Below are positions 27,697 to 37,323 of a stretch of DNA of 52,835 nucleotides, in pieces. A model generated the notes under the pieces. It did no database searches, was not told the origin of the DNA, and worked only from the letters and a program-made list of their open reading frames with translations. This stretch comes from a virus. Taxonomy: Duplodnaviria; Caudoviricetes. Position 1 is the stretch's first letter. Every line of letters starts with the position of its first letter. The stretch spans positions 1 through 52,835 of IMG/VR virus record IMGVR_UViG_3300001683_001688; one strand, written 5' to 3'. Both the position numbers and the translations under genes were made by a program.

Positions 27697-28680
27697 ATGC
27701 CGCGTAATAATAACTTAGAGCCTATTGTATTGCCAATGGATCTAAAGTTTGACGAGCCTTCAATAACAACATTTAAGAATAATCTAGAAGCTTTGAAGGT
27801 AGAGCTTATAGATTGTCCTACTACAGAGCAGGCAAGAAATGTCGCGTGGCACTACGTTAAGGCAACCTGGGCAGATACGCCAGAAGAGATCACAGCAGAA
27901 GGTGTACCTGACTCTCTAAAAAGTAAGAATCTTCTTGATGTGCTTCAGTTTAGAGCTTTACCAACTCCTATGGAATGCCTAAGCTTTACATTTAGATTGT
28001 CTGGTCTTTCTTTTCAGGAAGTGACCCATATTATTAGACACAGGGCGGGATCATTTGCAGCTCAGTGCACTGGAGATAGAGATCTAAGAAATGATGATGC
28101 TGTTATTCCAGAGTCTATTGAAAATTCTCCTGAGTTTTTAGAGAGATATAAGGAAATTGTCTGTCTTTCTAAAGAGCTCTACTCTGATATGACTGATTCA
28201 AAAACTGTATCAATGATGGACGCTAGAATGATAATGCCTAAGTGCTTAACTTCATTCTATTATATGCGTCTAAATCTCAAGGATCTTATCGGATTTATCA
28301 GACAGCGACAAGATGTGCAAATTCAACCAGCTGCTGATAACATCCTAGCAGTCAGGATGGCGATAGAGGCATGCAAGGCTGTCCCAGAGCTAACTCAAGT
28401 ACTTAACTTTAATGCACCAGATATGCACTATATCAAGACATTCAGAGTCAAAGAGGGAGACAAATGGATTAGCAGAGGTACTAATTTGTACTGGCCAGAA
28501 CCGAAGAATGATACTTTTGATTATCATCCAGCAGACACAATCTATCAGTGTAAGAGAGAGGATTTAAATGGAACTCACGGAACTGGAGAGAAGATTTTTA
28601 CAACAATGTGGAGAGATCTCATGATTGACTTTGAATATCTCAAAGAAAATTACAATAATTCTTTCAACAGGGGGAACTAA
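27697..28680 (+). CDS. divergent ThyX-fold flavoprotein (second paralog)
   Basis: PTPMECLSFTF, HIIRHRAGSFAAQCTGDRD, MMDARMIMP, NLKDLIGFIRQR, plus a C-terminal extension; AAGGAG RBS. Confidence 0.8.
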   Translation: MPRNNNLEPIVLPMDLKFDEPSITTFKNNLEALKVELIDCPTTEQARNVAWHYVKATWADTPEEITAEGVPDSLKSKNLLDVLQFRALPTPMECLSFTFRLSGLSFQEVTHIIRHRAGSFAAQCTGDRDLRNDDAVIPESIENSPEFLERYKEIVCLSKELYSDMTDSKTVSMMDARMIMPKCLTSFYYMRLNLKDLIGFIRQRQDVQIQPAADNILAVRMAIEACKAVPELTQVLNFNAPDMHYIKTFRVKEGDKWISRGTNLYWPEPKNDTFDYHPADTIYQCKREDLNGTHGTGEKIFTTMWRDLMIDFEYLKENYNNSFNRGN

Positions 28681-29126
28681 TGAGAAAGATTTATCTGGCA
28701 TCTGGGTGGTTTAATTCTACACAGGCAGAAGAGCTTACGAGACTTGAGAAAATTTGTGACGATAGAGACTGGATTGATCTTGCATCACCAAGAAGAATAT
28801 TTGTTTGTCCGCCAGGTGCACCTAAAAAGGCACAAGATGAAACTTTCTCAGGAAATTTGCATCATATTAAGACTGCAGATTTTTTAATTGTTAACACTAG
28901 GGATAAAGACATAGGGACAATCTGGGAAGCAGGTTATGCATATGCAAATAATATCCCTATTGTCTACTTTTGTCAAGGACTTCCTGCTGGAGCTAAGTTT
29001 AATCTTATGCTTGCACGAAGCGGAGTGAAAGTATGCACATCTTTTAAGCAGCTTGAAGACTACCTAGATAGATGCTTTGAGTCAAAGATGCTTATAGCAG
29101 AAATGTATGATAAGGAGATTGAATAG
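28680..29126 (+). CDS. nucleoside 2-deoxyribosyltransferase / dNMP N-glycosidase family
   Basis: KIYLASGWF, DIGTIWEAGYAYA (nucleophile Glu), FNLML. Confidence 0.85.
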   Translation: MRKIYLASGWFNSTQAEELTRLEKICDDRDWIDLASPRRIFVCPPGAPKKAQDETFSGNLHHIKTADFLIVNTRDKDIGTIWEAGYAYANNIPIVYFCQGLPAGAKFNLMLARSGVKVCTSFKQLEDYLDRCFESKMLIAEMYDKEIE

Positions 29127-29131
29127 GCACA

Positions 29132-29608
29132 GTGGAATATGAAATAATCTTATTGCAGATATTGTTAACGTGGATTTACGGTCACGTAGCTGAATACTCT
29201 TTACATAGGTGGGCTCTTCATAAGATAGGCGCAAAGAGAGGACACCCATTCTCATTTCATTTTTATTCACATCATAAAAACTCTAGATTAAATAGCTATA
29301 AAGATAGTGCGTATCAAGGTTTTCCATTGCGGTGGGATGCTGCTGGAAAAGAATTGCTATCTCTTTTAGGTCTATTATTATTACACTCACCGTTATATTT
29401 TTATTTCCCGTGGGTATTTCTTACCATAGTATTCTCTATGTGTAGCTATTACTATACACATAGCAGATCACATAGAGATCCAGAGTGGGCAAAGAAAAAT
29501 ATTCCATGGCATTTTGATCATCATATGGCATTAAATCAGAATATGAACTACGGTGTTAGAAGTGACATAATAGATAGAATAATGGGTACTAGAGAAAAAA
29601 TGGCCTAA
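29132..29608 (+). CDS. fatty acid hydroxylase / sterol desaturase family membrane protein
   Basis: His boxes EYSLHRWALH, HFYSHH, YYTHSRSH, WHFDHH and NYGV...DRIMGT. Confidence 0.8.
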   Translation: MEYEIILLQILLTWIYGHVAEYSLHRWALHKIGAKRGHPFSFHFYSHHKNSRLNSYKDSAYQGFPLRWDAAGKELLSLLGLLLLHSPLYFYFPWVFLTIVFSMCSYYYTHSRSHRDPEWAKKNIPWHFDHHMALNQNMNYGVRSDIIDRIMGTREKMA

Positions 29609-29620
29609 GGCAAAGATCAA

Positions 29621-30706
29621 ATGTCAGATCACTATAAAATTCTTGGTATTGAAAGAGATACTTCTCAAGAAAATATAAAAAAAGCATATAGAAAACTAGC
29701 ATTAAAATATCACCCAGATAGAAATCCAGAAAATCCTGACGCCGAGCGAAGATTTAAGGAAATATCTGAATCATATTCTATACTATCAGATGAAGAAAAA
29801 AGAAGAAATTACGATAACTTTGGTGACCCAAATAGTCAACAATTTTCGGAATTTAATCGTGGCAATTTTCATGGATTTGAAGATATATTTGCCGGAATGC
29901 CTTTTGCTGAGGAGATGTTTGGTGATAGAATGGGGAGAGACTCTGCGTCAAGGAGATCTTCAAGTCGTAAAAACACATCAAGCGGAGTAAGATCGTCTGA
30001 TATAAAGAAGTCAGTATCTATAAGTCTTAATGAAGTTCTTCTTGGATGTGAAAAAAGAATAGAGTACGATATGGGAATACCGTGTAGTAAGTGTGTCGGA
30101 AATGGATATTGCGACACAGCTGACTTATCAAAATGCGATCACTGCCTGGGGTCAGGATCAATTACTCACGGAACATCGTTTATGAGATTAAGCACAACTT
30201 GCTCTAACTGTAATGGTCAAGGAAGAGTAATTTCAAAACCTTGCAGAGGTTGCGCTGGAAGAGGATTGAACAAGGAGCTAAGATCTATAAATGTGACAAT
30301 ACCCTCAGGAATCAGAGACGGAATGCAAATGAGAGTAGCAGGCGCAGGCAACGTTGGATCTGTAAAGGGAGATGTTGGAAATTTATACCTTGATGTAAAT
30401 GTAATAAAACAAAAATCAATAGAGAGAAATGGTCCGCATCTATATATCGATAAAAGCATATCATTTTCTCAGGCTGCCCTTGGAGATAAAATTAGAGTTG
30501 ATCTACTCGACGGCAGTGTTAATCTAAGTGTTCCTCCTGGGACCCAACCTGGCTCAATGATGTCAATTGATGGAAGGGGATTGCCTGAAGATGTTGGTAG
30601 TGACGATAGGGGGAACTTTTACGTAAAACTGAATATCAAAGTTCCCAAATCAATGTCAGAAAAACAGAGACAATTAGTTGAAAAATTGAAAAACTCTGGC
30701 ATGTAA
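29621..30706 (+). CDS. dnaJ: chaperone DnaJ
   Basis: J-domain with HPD, G/F region, four CxxCxGxG repeats, C-terminal domain. Confidence 0.95.
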   Translation: MSDHYKILGIERDTSQENIKKAYRKLALKYHPDRNPENPDAERRFKEISESYSILSDEEKRRNYDNFGDPNSQQFSEFNRGNFHGFEDIFAGMPFAEEMFGDRMGRDSASRRSSSRKNTSSGVRSSDIKKSVSISLNEVLLGCEKRIEYDMGIPCSKCVGNGYCDTADLSKCDHCLGSGSITHGTSFMRLSTTCSNCNGQGRVISKPCRGCAGRGLNKELRSINVTIPSGIRDGMQMRVAGAGNVGSVKGDVGNLYLDVNVIKQKSIERNGPHLYIDKSISFSQAALGDKIRVDLLDGSVNLSVPPGTQPGSMMSIDGRGLPEDVGSDDRGNFYVKLNIKVPKSMSEKQRQLVEKLKNSGM

Positions 30707-30729
30707 ATTGTGCGCATGGTGTGTATAAT
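30701..30729 (+). promoter_or_regulatory. sigma70-like promoter for dnaE
   Basis: ATGTAA-N17-TATAAT. Confidence 0.55.
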
Positions 30730-30759
30730 AGCTATAATAACATTATAACAGGCTAGTGT

Positions 30760-33700
30760 ATGTCAATTATTATTCCAAAGAGATTCGTTGGTCTCCATGC
30801 TCACTGCGGGACTGGTTCACCTTATGATGGATTAGGTTACCCAAATCAACATATAGATTTTGTTCTTTCAAATGATATGAATGCTTGGGCATTAACTGAC
30901 CACGGTAATGGAAACGGTCTAGCTCACGCTCATACTTATGCAAAGCAGCTAAAGAAAAAAGGTGTAGGCTATAGACAGATCTACGGCGTTGAATTTTACT
31001 TTGTTCCATCTTTAAATGAGTGGAGAGTCCAGTATGAGGATCATAGAGAGTCAGTTCGGCTAGCAAGAGAAGAGAAAAAGCTAAAAGAGATTACGGATAT
31101 CAACTCTGAAGATGAGGTCTCTGGAGGTCTTATCATTGAAAATGAGGAGGAGACAAAGTCTGATTTTGATACAAATAACTGGAAGCGTAGATATCATCTA
31201 GTTGTTTTGGCTAAAAACAAGAAAGGTCTTGAGAATCTTTTCACACTTGTAAAGAAATCATACACAGATGGGTTTTATAGATTTCCAAGAATTGATTTTG
31301 ATCTTTTAAAGCTTCACAATGAAGGGCTTATTGTTAGCACTGCATGTATTGGTGGCTACCCTGCATCTCTAATAGCAAGGGGTGAATCATCTGGAAAGTC
31401 AGATAAAAATATTGTTCTCGATCTAGAGAACATGTCTGATAGATTTGTAGATGCAGTGGGTGAGGAAAATTTTAATCTAGAGATTCAATTTAACTCTTTG
31501 TCAATGCAACACAAGACAAACAAGCATCTAATTGCGCTTCATGAGAAGACTGGTATTCCACTTGTAGCTACTGCTGATAGTCATTATTATAGCAGGGACA
31601 TGTGGGAAGCAAGAGAGCTTTATAGAAAACTTGGAAGAATGGGATCTAGAGGTGATGCAATGCCATCTCTTCCTGCGTTTGAAGATTTAAAATGTGAACT
31701 CTACCCGAAGAATGCAACGCAGATGTGGAACGAGTTTAACGAGCATGTTTCTGAGTATCCTTTCTATAAGGGGAAAGAGCAGATAATATGCGATGCAATT
31801 GAAAGAACATACGACATTGCATGGGATCAGTGTGAAGAAGTCTGGTTTGATGAAGAGGCAAAGCTTCCTAACTTTGATACACCGGGAAATCCTGCCTTTA
31901 ATCAACTTGTAACTAGAGTGAAAAAGGGTCTTGCTGACGAAGGTCTTGATAAGAAGCAAGAATATGTTGATCGTGCAAAGATGGAGCTTGAAGATATAAA
32001 GTATCTTGGCTTTGAGAATTACTTTCTTACAATGACAAAGGTATTTGATCTCGCATCACAGAGTACTATTATTGGACCAGGAAGAGGTTCTGGAGCAGGG
32101 TCTTTAGTAAACTATCTACTCGGGATTACAACGACTGATCCGATCAAGTATGGTCTTCTTTGGGAGAGGTTTCTTCACAGAAAGAAAGCTGGATGGCCAG
32201 ACATCGACACAGATGCGGGCGATAGAGATGTTTTAATCAACGCTTCTAGAGAGTTATTCGGAGAAGAATCTGTTGTTCCTGTATCTAATTTTAACACTCT
32301 GAAGCTTAAATCTCTAATCAAAGATGTCTCAAAATTCTACGGAATTGACTTTGGTGAAGTCAATGCTATGACAAATAAACTTGAGAAAGAGGTAATGCAC
32401 AAGGCTATGGGAGATCATGAAGAGAAGTCAACATACATTTTGACTCATGAGGATTGCATGAAATACTCTTCTGGATATTCAAACTTTATGGAGAAATATC
32501 CAAAGCTCTGTGAGCATGTTCAAAATCTCTTTATGGAATCACGCTCTATTGGGCGACATGCTGGCGGAGTTCTAATCTGCCCAAATCTTGAGAAGTATAT
32601 GCCGGTTATTAAGGTAAGAGGCGAACTTCAAACTCCGTGGTCTGAAGGTATGAATTTTAGACACTTGGAGCCAAACGGATTTCTAAAGTTTGATTTCCTC
32701 GGGCTTACAACACTCAAGATGGTTGAGGACTGTATACGATTAGTTTTAAGAAAGCAAGGCGCTGAAAATCCAACATTTTCTGATATAAGCAAGTACTTCG
32801 ACGATAATATTAATTGCAGGTATAATGATCTAGATGACCAAAAGGTGTGGGAGCATGTATACCACAAGGGCAGGTTTGTACAGATATTCCAATTCACTCA
32901 GCAGGGTGCTAGAAAGTTTTGCAAGCGAGCAAAGCCAAAAACGATTGAAGAGCTGGCTACTATCACAGCAATCTATAGACCAGGACCTCTTGCAGCTCAT
33001 GTAGATAAGAAGTATGTTAAGACTAAAAAATCAGTTGAGGCTGGCAACCCAATAGAGTATGATCATCCGGTAATTGAAGAGATTCTTAGTGAGACATATG
33101 GCTTCATATCATTCCAGGAGCAGTTTATGTTGCTAGGTCAAAAGCTTGCTGGGTTCGACAAGGGAGCATCTGATAAGATGAGAAAGACTCTGGTTAAGAA
33201 GTCTCTAGACTCTAATGCAGCAAAAGTTCAAGAGAGAATTGATCTTAGGAAGAAGTTTGTTGACGGAGCAGTTAATCTGTCTGGCATGGATAGATCTAAG
33301 GCTGAAAAGCTATATGAGACTATTGAGTTCTTCTCTGGGTATGGATTTAATAAGTCGCATGCAGTATCTTATGCAATTGACTCATATTACTCTGCGTGGC
33401 TTCACACTTACTTTGAAAAGGAGTGGCTTGCAACTTGTTTGCAGACCATGAACGGGTCTAGCAAGTTTGGAAAGATTATCGCAGAGATCAAAGCATTAAG
33501 GTACAAGATATTGCCGCCAGATATTAACTCCTCTTCTGATGTGTGGGTGTACAGTGAAGATAGAGGAGGATTTGTACCTCCTTTGACTGCTATCAAAGGA
33601 GTAGGATCTGCTGCTGTACGTGAGATGATGTCAAGGCGTCCATTTAAAAACCTTGATGAGATAATGTTTTCAGAGACTGGATCATGGGTTCCGTCTAAGA

Positions 33701-34314
33701 TGAACAAGACTTGCTTTGACTCTCTTTGTAAGGTTGAGGCATTTGGATCTCTTGAAGAGTTTACCTCTGGAATTGTTAAAAATCACAATCAGCTTCACGA
33801 GACAATTGTTGGAAACTATGACTTAATCAAAAAAGGTAGACACGGAATGACAAAGACAGCAGCAAAGAGGATGATGAAAGAGAGAGGAAAGGTTCCTGAC
33901 TTTATACCTGAGAAGCTTAGGGAAAATCAAGATATTGAAGACTGGTCAAGGACAGCTAAGATTGGTCATAGCGTAGAGCTGATGGCCACGGCTGATGAGA
34001 CTCTAGTTTTTCCTCAAGCTATCATGTCCAAGATAGAAAAGTCAAATCTTCGCGCTGCAACAAAGCTATCAGGAAAAGAGAGGGATGTTGTCTGGTTTTG
34101 CATATCTTCAATCGAAGAGAGAACAACAAAGAACAACAAACTTTTCTATAGGATGAAGGTCATAGATAATAACTCTCAGAGTTGCTGGATTCGTGTCTGG
34201 GGATCCTTCAAGCAGATACCTGAGTTGTATACCATATGGCTGGCAGAGGTGGCCTCTACTGACTCCTGGGGATGCTCAACATCATCGTATAAGATGAAGA
34301 AGATAGAACTTTAA
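30760..34314 (+). CDS. dnaE: DNA polymerase III alpha subunit (family C)
   Basis: PHP domain (LHAH, LTDHG, ATADSHY), GPGRGSGAGS, catalytic PDIDTD, GRHAGG, KFDFLGL, YGFNKSHA, HhH IKGVG. Confidence 0.95.
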   Translation: MSIIIPKRFVGLHAHCGTGSPYDGLGYPNQHIDFVLSNDMNAWALTDHGNGNGLAHAHTYAKQLKKKGVGYRQIYGVEFYFVPSLNEWRVQYEDHRESVRLAREEKKLKEITDINSEDEVSGGLIIENEEETKSDFDTNNWKRRYHLVVLAKNKKGLENLFTLVKKSYTDGFYRFPRIDFDLLKLHNEGLIVSTACIGGYPASLIARGESSGKSDKNIVLDLENMSDRFVDAVGEENFNLEIQFNSLSMQHKTNKHLIALHEKTGIPLVATADSHYYSRDMWEARELYRKLGRMGSRGDAMPSLPAFEDLKCELYPKNATQMWNEFNEHVSEYPFYKGKEQIICDAIERTYDIAWDQCEEVWFDEEAKLPNFDTPGNPAFNQLVTRVKKGLADEGLDKKQEYVDRAKMELEDIKYLGFENYFLTMTKVFDLASQSTIIGPGRGSGAGSLVNYLLGITTTDPIKYGLLWERFLHRKKAGWPDIDTDAGDRDVLINASRELFGEESVVPVSNFNTLKLKSLIKDVSKFYGIDFGEVNAMTNKLEKEVMHKAMGDHEEKSTYILTHEDCMKYSSGYSNFMEKYPKLCEHVQNLFMESRSIGRHAGGVLICPNLEKYMPVIKVRGELQTPWSEGMNFRHLEPNGFLKFDFLGLTTLKMVEDCIRLVLRKQGAENPTFSDISKYFDDNINCRYNDLDDQKVWEHVYHKGRFVQIFQFTQQGARKFCKRAKPKTIEELATITAIYRPGPLAAHVDKKYVKTKKSVEAGNPIEYDHPVIEEILSETYGFISFQEQFMLLGQKLAGFDKGASDKMRKTLVKKSLDSNAAKVQERIDLRKKFVDGAVNLSGMDRSKAEKLYETIEFFSGYGFNKSHAVSYAIDSYYSAWLHTYFEKEWLATCLQTMNGSSKFGKIIAEIKALRYKILPPDINSSSDVWVYSEDRGGFVPPLTAIKGVGSAAVREMMSRRPFKNLDEIMFSETGSWVPSKMNKTCFDSLCKVEAFGSLEEFTSGIVKNHNQLHETIVGNYDLIKKGRHGMTKTAAKRMMKERGKVPDFIPEKLRENQDIEDWSRTAKIGHSVELMATADETLVFPQAIMSKIEKSNLRAATKLSGKERDVVWFCISSIEERTTKNNKLFYRMKVIDNNSQSCWIRVWGSFKQIPELYTIWLAEVASTDSWGCSTSSYKMKKIEL

Positions 34315-34385
34315 AATAAATTTATTCAAGTATCTATTCATTGGTTAATATAAAAGATATAAAAAGGCAGCATAATGAGGTATAG

Positions 34386-35291
34386 GTGATAACTTTTCCA
34401 ATTAGAAATCTATTCATAGAGGGTCCAGATTGCTCTGGAAAAACAACTCTCGTAAGAGACATACATAATTCGACAGACTTTAGGCTTCATATTCATGACA
34501 GATCACAAATTTCAAGAAAGATATTTAGTGATCTATATAATAGAGACTTAGATTTTATTGATGATGATCTTCATGCAGAGCTATCAAATCTAAATAATAG
34601 ATTTATATTTCTTCTTCCTCCTTTTAATATAATAAGAGAGAGATATATTCAAAGAGGCGATGATTTTCATAGTGACATATCTTCAATAAGAAAAGTATAC
34701 GATGCTTTTCTAGATTCAGAATCAAAGTTTAGTGGATACCCGAACGTAAGATACTACATAACACCTGATACTAAAAACCTTGTTTACGGAATAATGTTTC
34801 AGTTAAACGTGATGAGAGAGAAAAATATCCTTGACATTGCTGAAGAGGTGAATCAGTTTGTTAATTTTTCAGGAGGGGAATCTTACCCGCTATCTTTTAC
34901 AATCTATGATAATGGAAAATTTGAAAATGCTGATTCTAACATATTAAAATATGAACCAGAGGCTAAATACTATGAAAAGATATTTACATCATTTCACGAA
35001 AAGATCACAAATGAACTTAATGGAAAAAATGAGTACAATAGGAGAGAGGATTATTCTTCAAGACGCTTTGTGCACACTAACGATAGCTGTATATCATTTA
35101 TACAGGCATCTGTAAGAAATAATATACTTGACTTTCATGTAGTTATAAGGTCATCAGATGTAAAGAGGGTTTTTCAATACGATATGATATTCCTCTACTA
35201 TCTTGCTAGCACGTGCTTTGAAAGGTTTAGCGATCATTGTAGCTCAGTAAGATTAAGATTTAACTTAAACTCTGCTCATATCATAGAGTAA
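34386..35291 (+). CDS. dNMP-kinase-like P-loop domain fused to minimal thymidylate-synthase-fold domain
   Basis: N-terminal FIEGPDCSGKTT and HDRS; C-terminal SSRRF...DSCISFIQ...LDFHVVIRSSDV..VFQYD...NSAHI, matching TS core motifs. Confidence 0.75.
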   Translation: MITFPIRNLFIEGPDCSGKTTLVRDIHNSTDFRLHIHDRSQISRKIFSDLYNRDLDFIDDDLHAELSNLNNRFIFLLPPFNIIRERYIQRGDDFHSDISSIRKVYDAFLDSESKFSGYPNVRYYITPDTKNLVYGIMFQLNVMREKNILDIAEEVNQFVNFSGGESYPLSFTIYDNGKFENADSNILKYEPEAKYYEKIFTSFHEKITNELNGKNEYNRREDYSSRRFVHTNDSCISFIQASVRNNILDFHVVIRSSDVKRVFQYDMIFLYYLASTCFERFSDHCSSVRLRFNLNSAHIIE

Positions 35292-35315
35292 AATAAACTA
35301 CAAAATGGAGATATA

Positions 35316-36326
35316 ATGAGAAAAGCGCTAGTTACTGGAGGATGTGGTTTCATAGGGTCAAACTTGACACACGAACTTGTGAAACAAGGTTGGCAGGTTG
35401 ATATAGTAGATGATATGTCAAATGGTCATCTTGAGCTACTTGAAGGTCTAAAGATAAGGGTTATTCCTGTTGACTTACTAGAATCATTCTATGATATGAT
35501 CAACACAACGAATAGAGTCTCAGAAACAGTTCATGTAATACAAGGTGATTTTGCTCACGAGGGCATATGCAAAAATATATCTGAAAAGATGTATGACATA
35601 GTTTTTCACCAAGCAGCTATTCCAAGAGTACTATTCTCAGTTGAAAACCCTTCTTTAACAACTAATGTAAATATAGGTGCAACAACAAGACTATTTGAAG
35701 CATGCATTGGAAATGTTGACAGGGTCGTATTCGCATCATCATCTTCAGTATACGGAGGTGCATCAATTCTTCCAACACTAGAGACTACAGAGAAGAGTCC
35801 AAAATCACCTTATGCTTGGCAAAAGCATTCAATAGAGGATCTTGCAAAGATATTTTGCAACTTGTATGATATTGATATTGTTTGCTTGAGATATTTTAAT
35901 GTTTTCGGTCCAGGTCAATATGGAGACTCTCCGTACTCTACAGCAGTATCTGCATGGTGTCATTCGATTAAAAATAGCTTACCAATGAGAAGCGATGGCG
36001 ATGGAACGCAGTCTAGAGATCTCTGCTATGTTGACAATACAGTTCAAGCAAATATCCTAGCAGCGACATCAGATCAGTCAAGTCATGGAGGCTTCAATGG
36101 AAGATGTTATAATATAGCTTGCGGCGATAGAACTACAAATAATGAAATTTTAGATTTCTTTACAGAGAGATATACGCATGCTATTGTAAAAAATGCACCG
36201 TGGAGGGCTGGAGATGTTATGCATACCCAGGCTGATGTCTCTAGTGCAAAGGAAGATTTTGGGTATGAGCCAGCTGTTAGATTCTGGGATGGGCTTAATA
36301 GAACAATAGAGTGGTGGAATATCTAG
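35316..36326 (+). CDS. NAD-dependent nucleotide-sugar epimerase/dehydratase
   Basis: VTGGCGFIG, FASSSSVYG, YAWQK (YxxxK), LRYFNVFGP, GDGTQSRD. Confidence 0.92.
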   Translation: MRKALVTGGCGFIGSNLTHELVKQGWQVDIVDDMSNGHLELLEGLKIRVIPVDLLESFYDMINTTNRVSETVHVIQGDFAHEGICKNISEKMYDIVFHQAAIPRVLFSVENPSLTTNVNIGATTRLFEACIGNVDRVVFASSSSVYGGASILPTLETTEKSPKSPYAWQKHSIEDLAKIFCNLYDIDIVCLRYFNVFGPGQYGDSPYSTAVSAWCHSIKNSLPMRSDGDGTQSRDLCYVDNTVQANILAATSDQSSHGGFNGRCYNIACGDRTTNNEILDFFTERYTHAIVKNAPWRAGDVMHTQADVSSAKEDFGYEPAVRFWDGLNRTIEWWNI

Positions 36327-36743
36327 ATGCCAGATTTATATGATAAGAAACACGTAAAAACTTCGTGGATTTCAAGAAAAGCAAAAAAAGTTGAAAAGCC
36401 ATGGGGGCATGAATTATCATGGACAGCATTTAGCGGAATCTTTGGAAAAACACTTTTCATAAGAAAAGGATGCAGAACAAGCTTGAAATATCACAATATT
36501 AAATCAGAAGCTTTGTTTTTAAGATCTGGGTCTGCAATGATTATTCACGGAGATGAGTTATTTGTTACATTGCCATTGATATACCCACTTGAAGAATCTT
36601 TGTTTTCACAAGGTGATACTCTGCATGTTCAATCAGGGTCTCCTTATAGAATAATAGCGCTAGAAGATTGCGAAATAGTTGAGATAGGAAATCAAGTAGA
36701 TAGTTCACCAGTAAGATTAGAGGATGACTATGGCAGAGCGTAA
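36327..36743 (+). CDS. cupin, mannose-6-phosphate isomerase-like
   Basis: VEKPWGHE, TSLKYHNIKSE, VRLEDDYGR. Confidence 0.75.
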   Translation: MPDLYDKKHVKTSWISRKAKKVEKPWGHELSWTAFSGIFGKTLFIRKGCRTSLKYHNIKSEALFLRSGSAMIIHGDELFVTLPLIYPLEESLFSQGDTLHVQSGSPYRIIALEDCEIVEIGNQVDSSPVRLEDDYGRA

Positions 36744-37308
36744 TGAGTATATAAGAATACCAGAGTTTATCATATATACTGGTCCAATGTTTGGATCAAA
36801 GACAACAAAGTTAATAGCAGCTGTTGATAGATTTAGGTATCAAGATAGAAATATTTTAGCATTTAAGCCATCTCTAGACGAAAGATATTCAAGTTCAGAA
36901 ATTTGTACTCACAATGGTGCAAGAGTTGATGCTTTTGTTGTTAAGTCAGGTGGCGATATAATTAGAATAGTTAATGATACCAGCGACGTTGATGTCGTTG
37001 CAGTTGATGAGGCTTTTATGATAGATGGTGTAGCAGAATCTCTTCTTACTCTATTTAGAGAGGGAAAAACAATAGTAGTTTCATCTCTTCAACTGTCTGC
37101 ATCTGGAAATGTATTTGAAGAGATAAAAGATATGATGCCCTGGGCTACAAAGATAGAGGTGTGCCCTGCAGTTTGCACAGTAAGCGGTTTAGATGCGTAT
37201 TATACACATAGAAAATTTGAAAATATGAAAGAGATAACTGTTGGCGGTTCAGATCTCTACGAGCCTAGATGCTGGTTTTATCACGGATTTATGAATCAGC
37301 ATTCTTAA
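36730..37308 (+). CDS. tdk: thymidine kinase
   Basis: GPMFGSKTT, DERY, THNG, VAVDEAF, VGGSDLYEPRC. Confidence 0.9.
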   Translation: MAERNEYIRIPEFIIYTGPMFGSKTTKLIAAVDRFRYQDRNILAFKPSLDERYSSSEICTHNGARVDAFVVKSGGDIIRIVNDTSDVDVVAVDEAFMIDGVAESLLTLFREGKTIVVSSLQLSASGNVFEEIKDMMPWATKIEVCPAVCTVSGLDAYYTHRKFENMKEITVGGSDLYEPRCWFYHGFMNQHS

Positions 37309-37323
37309 TTTAAGAGGTATTTT

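Noticed and set aside
26073-29126. 2-aminoadenine (dZ) or 7-deazaguanine pathway
   Set aside because: No PurZ, HD-domain DatZ, QueC/D/E, FolE or DpdA motifs are visible; the TS-fold Asp and ThyX paralog point to pyrimidines.
4333-34314. Inteins or self-splicing introns in nrdJ or dnaE
   Set aside because: Both ORFs are of normal length and continuous, with no intein or homing-endonuclease motifs recognised.
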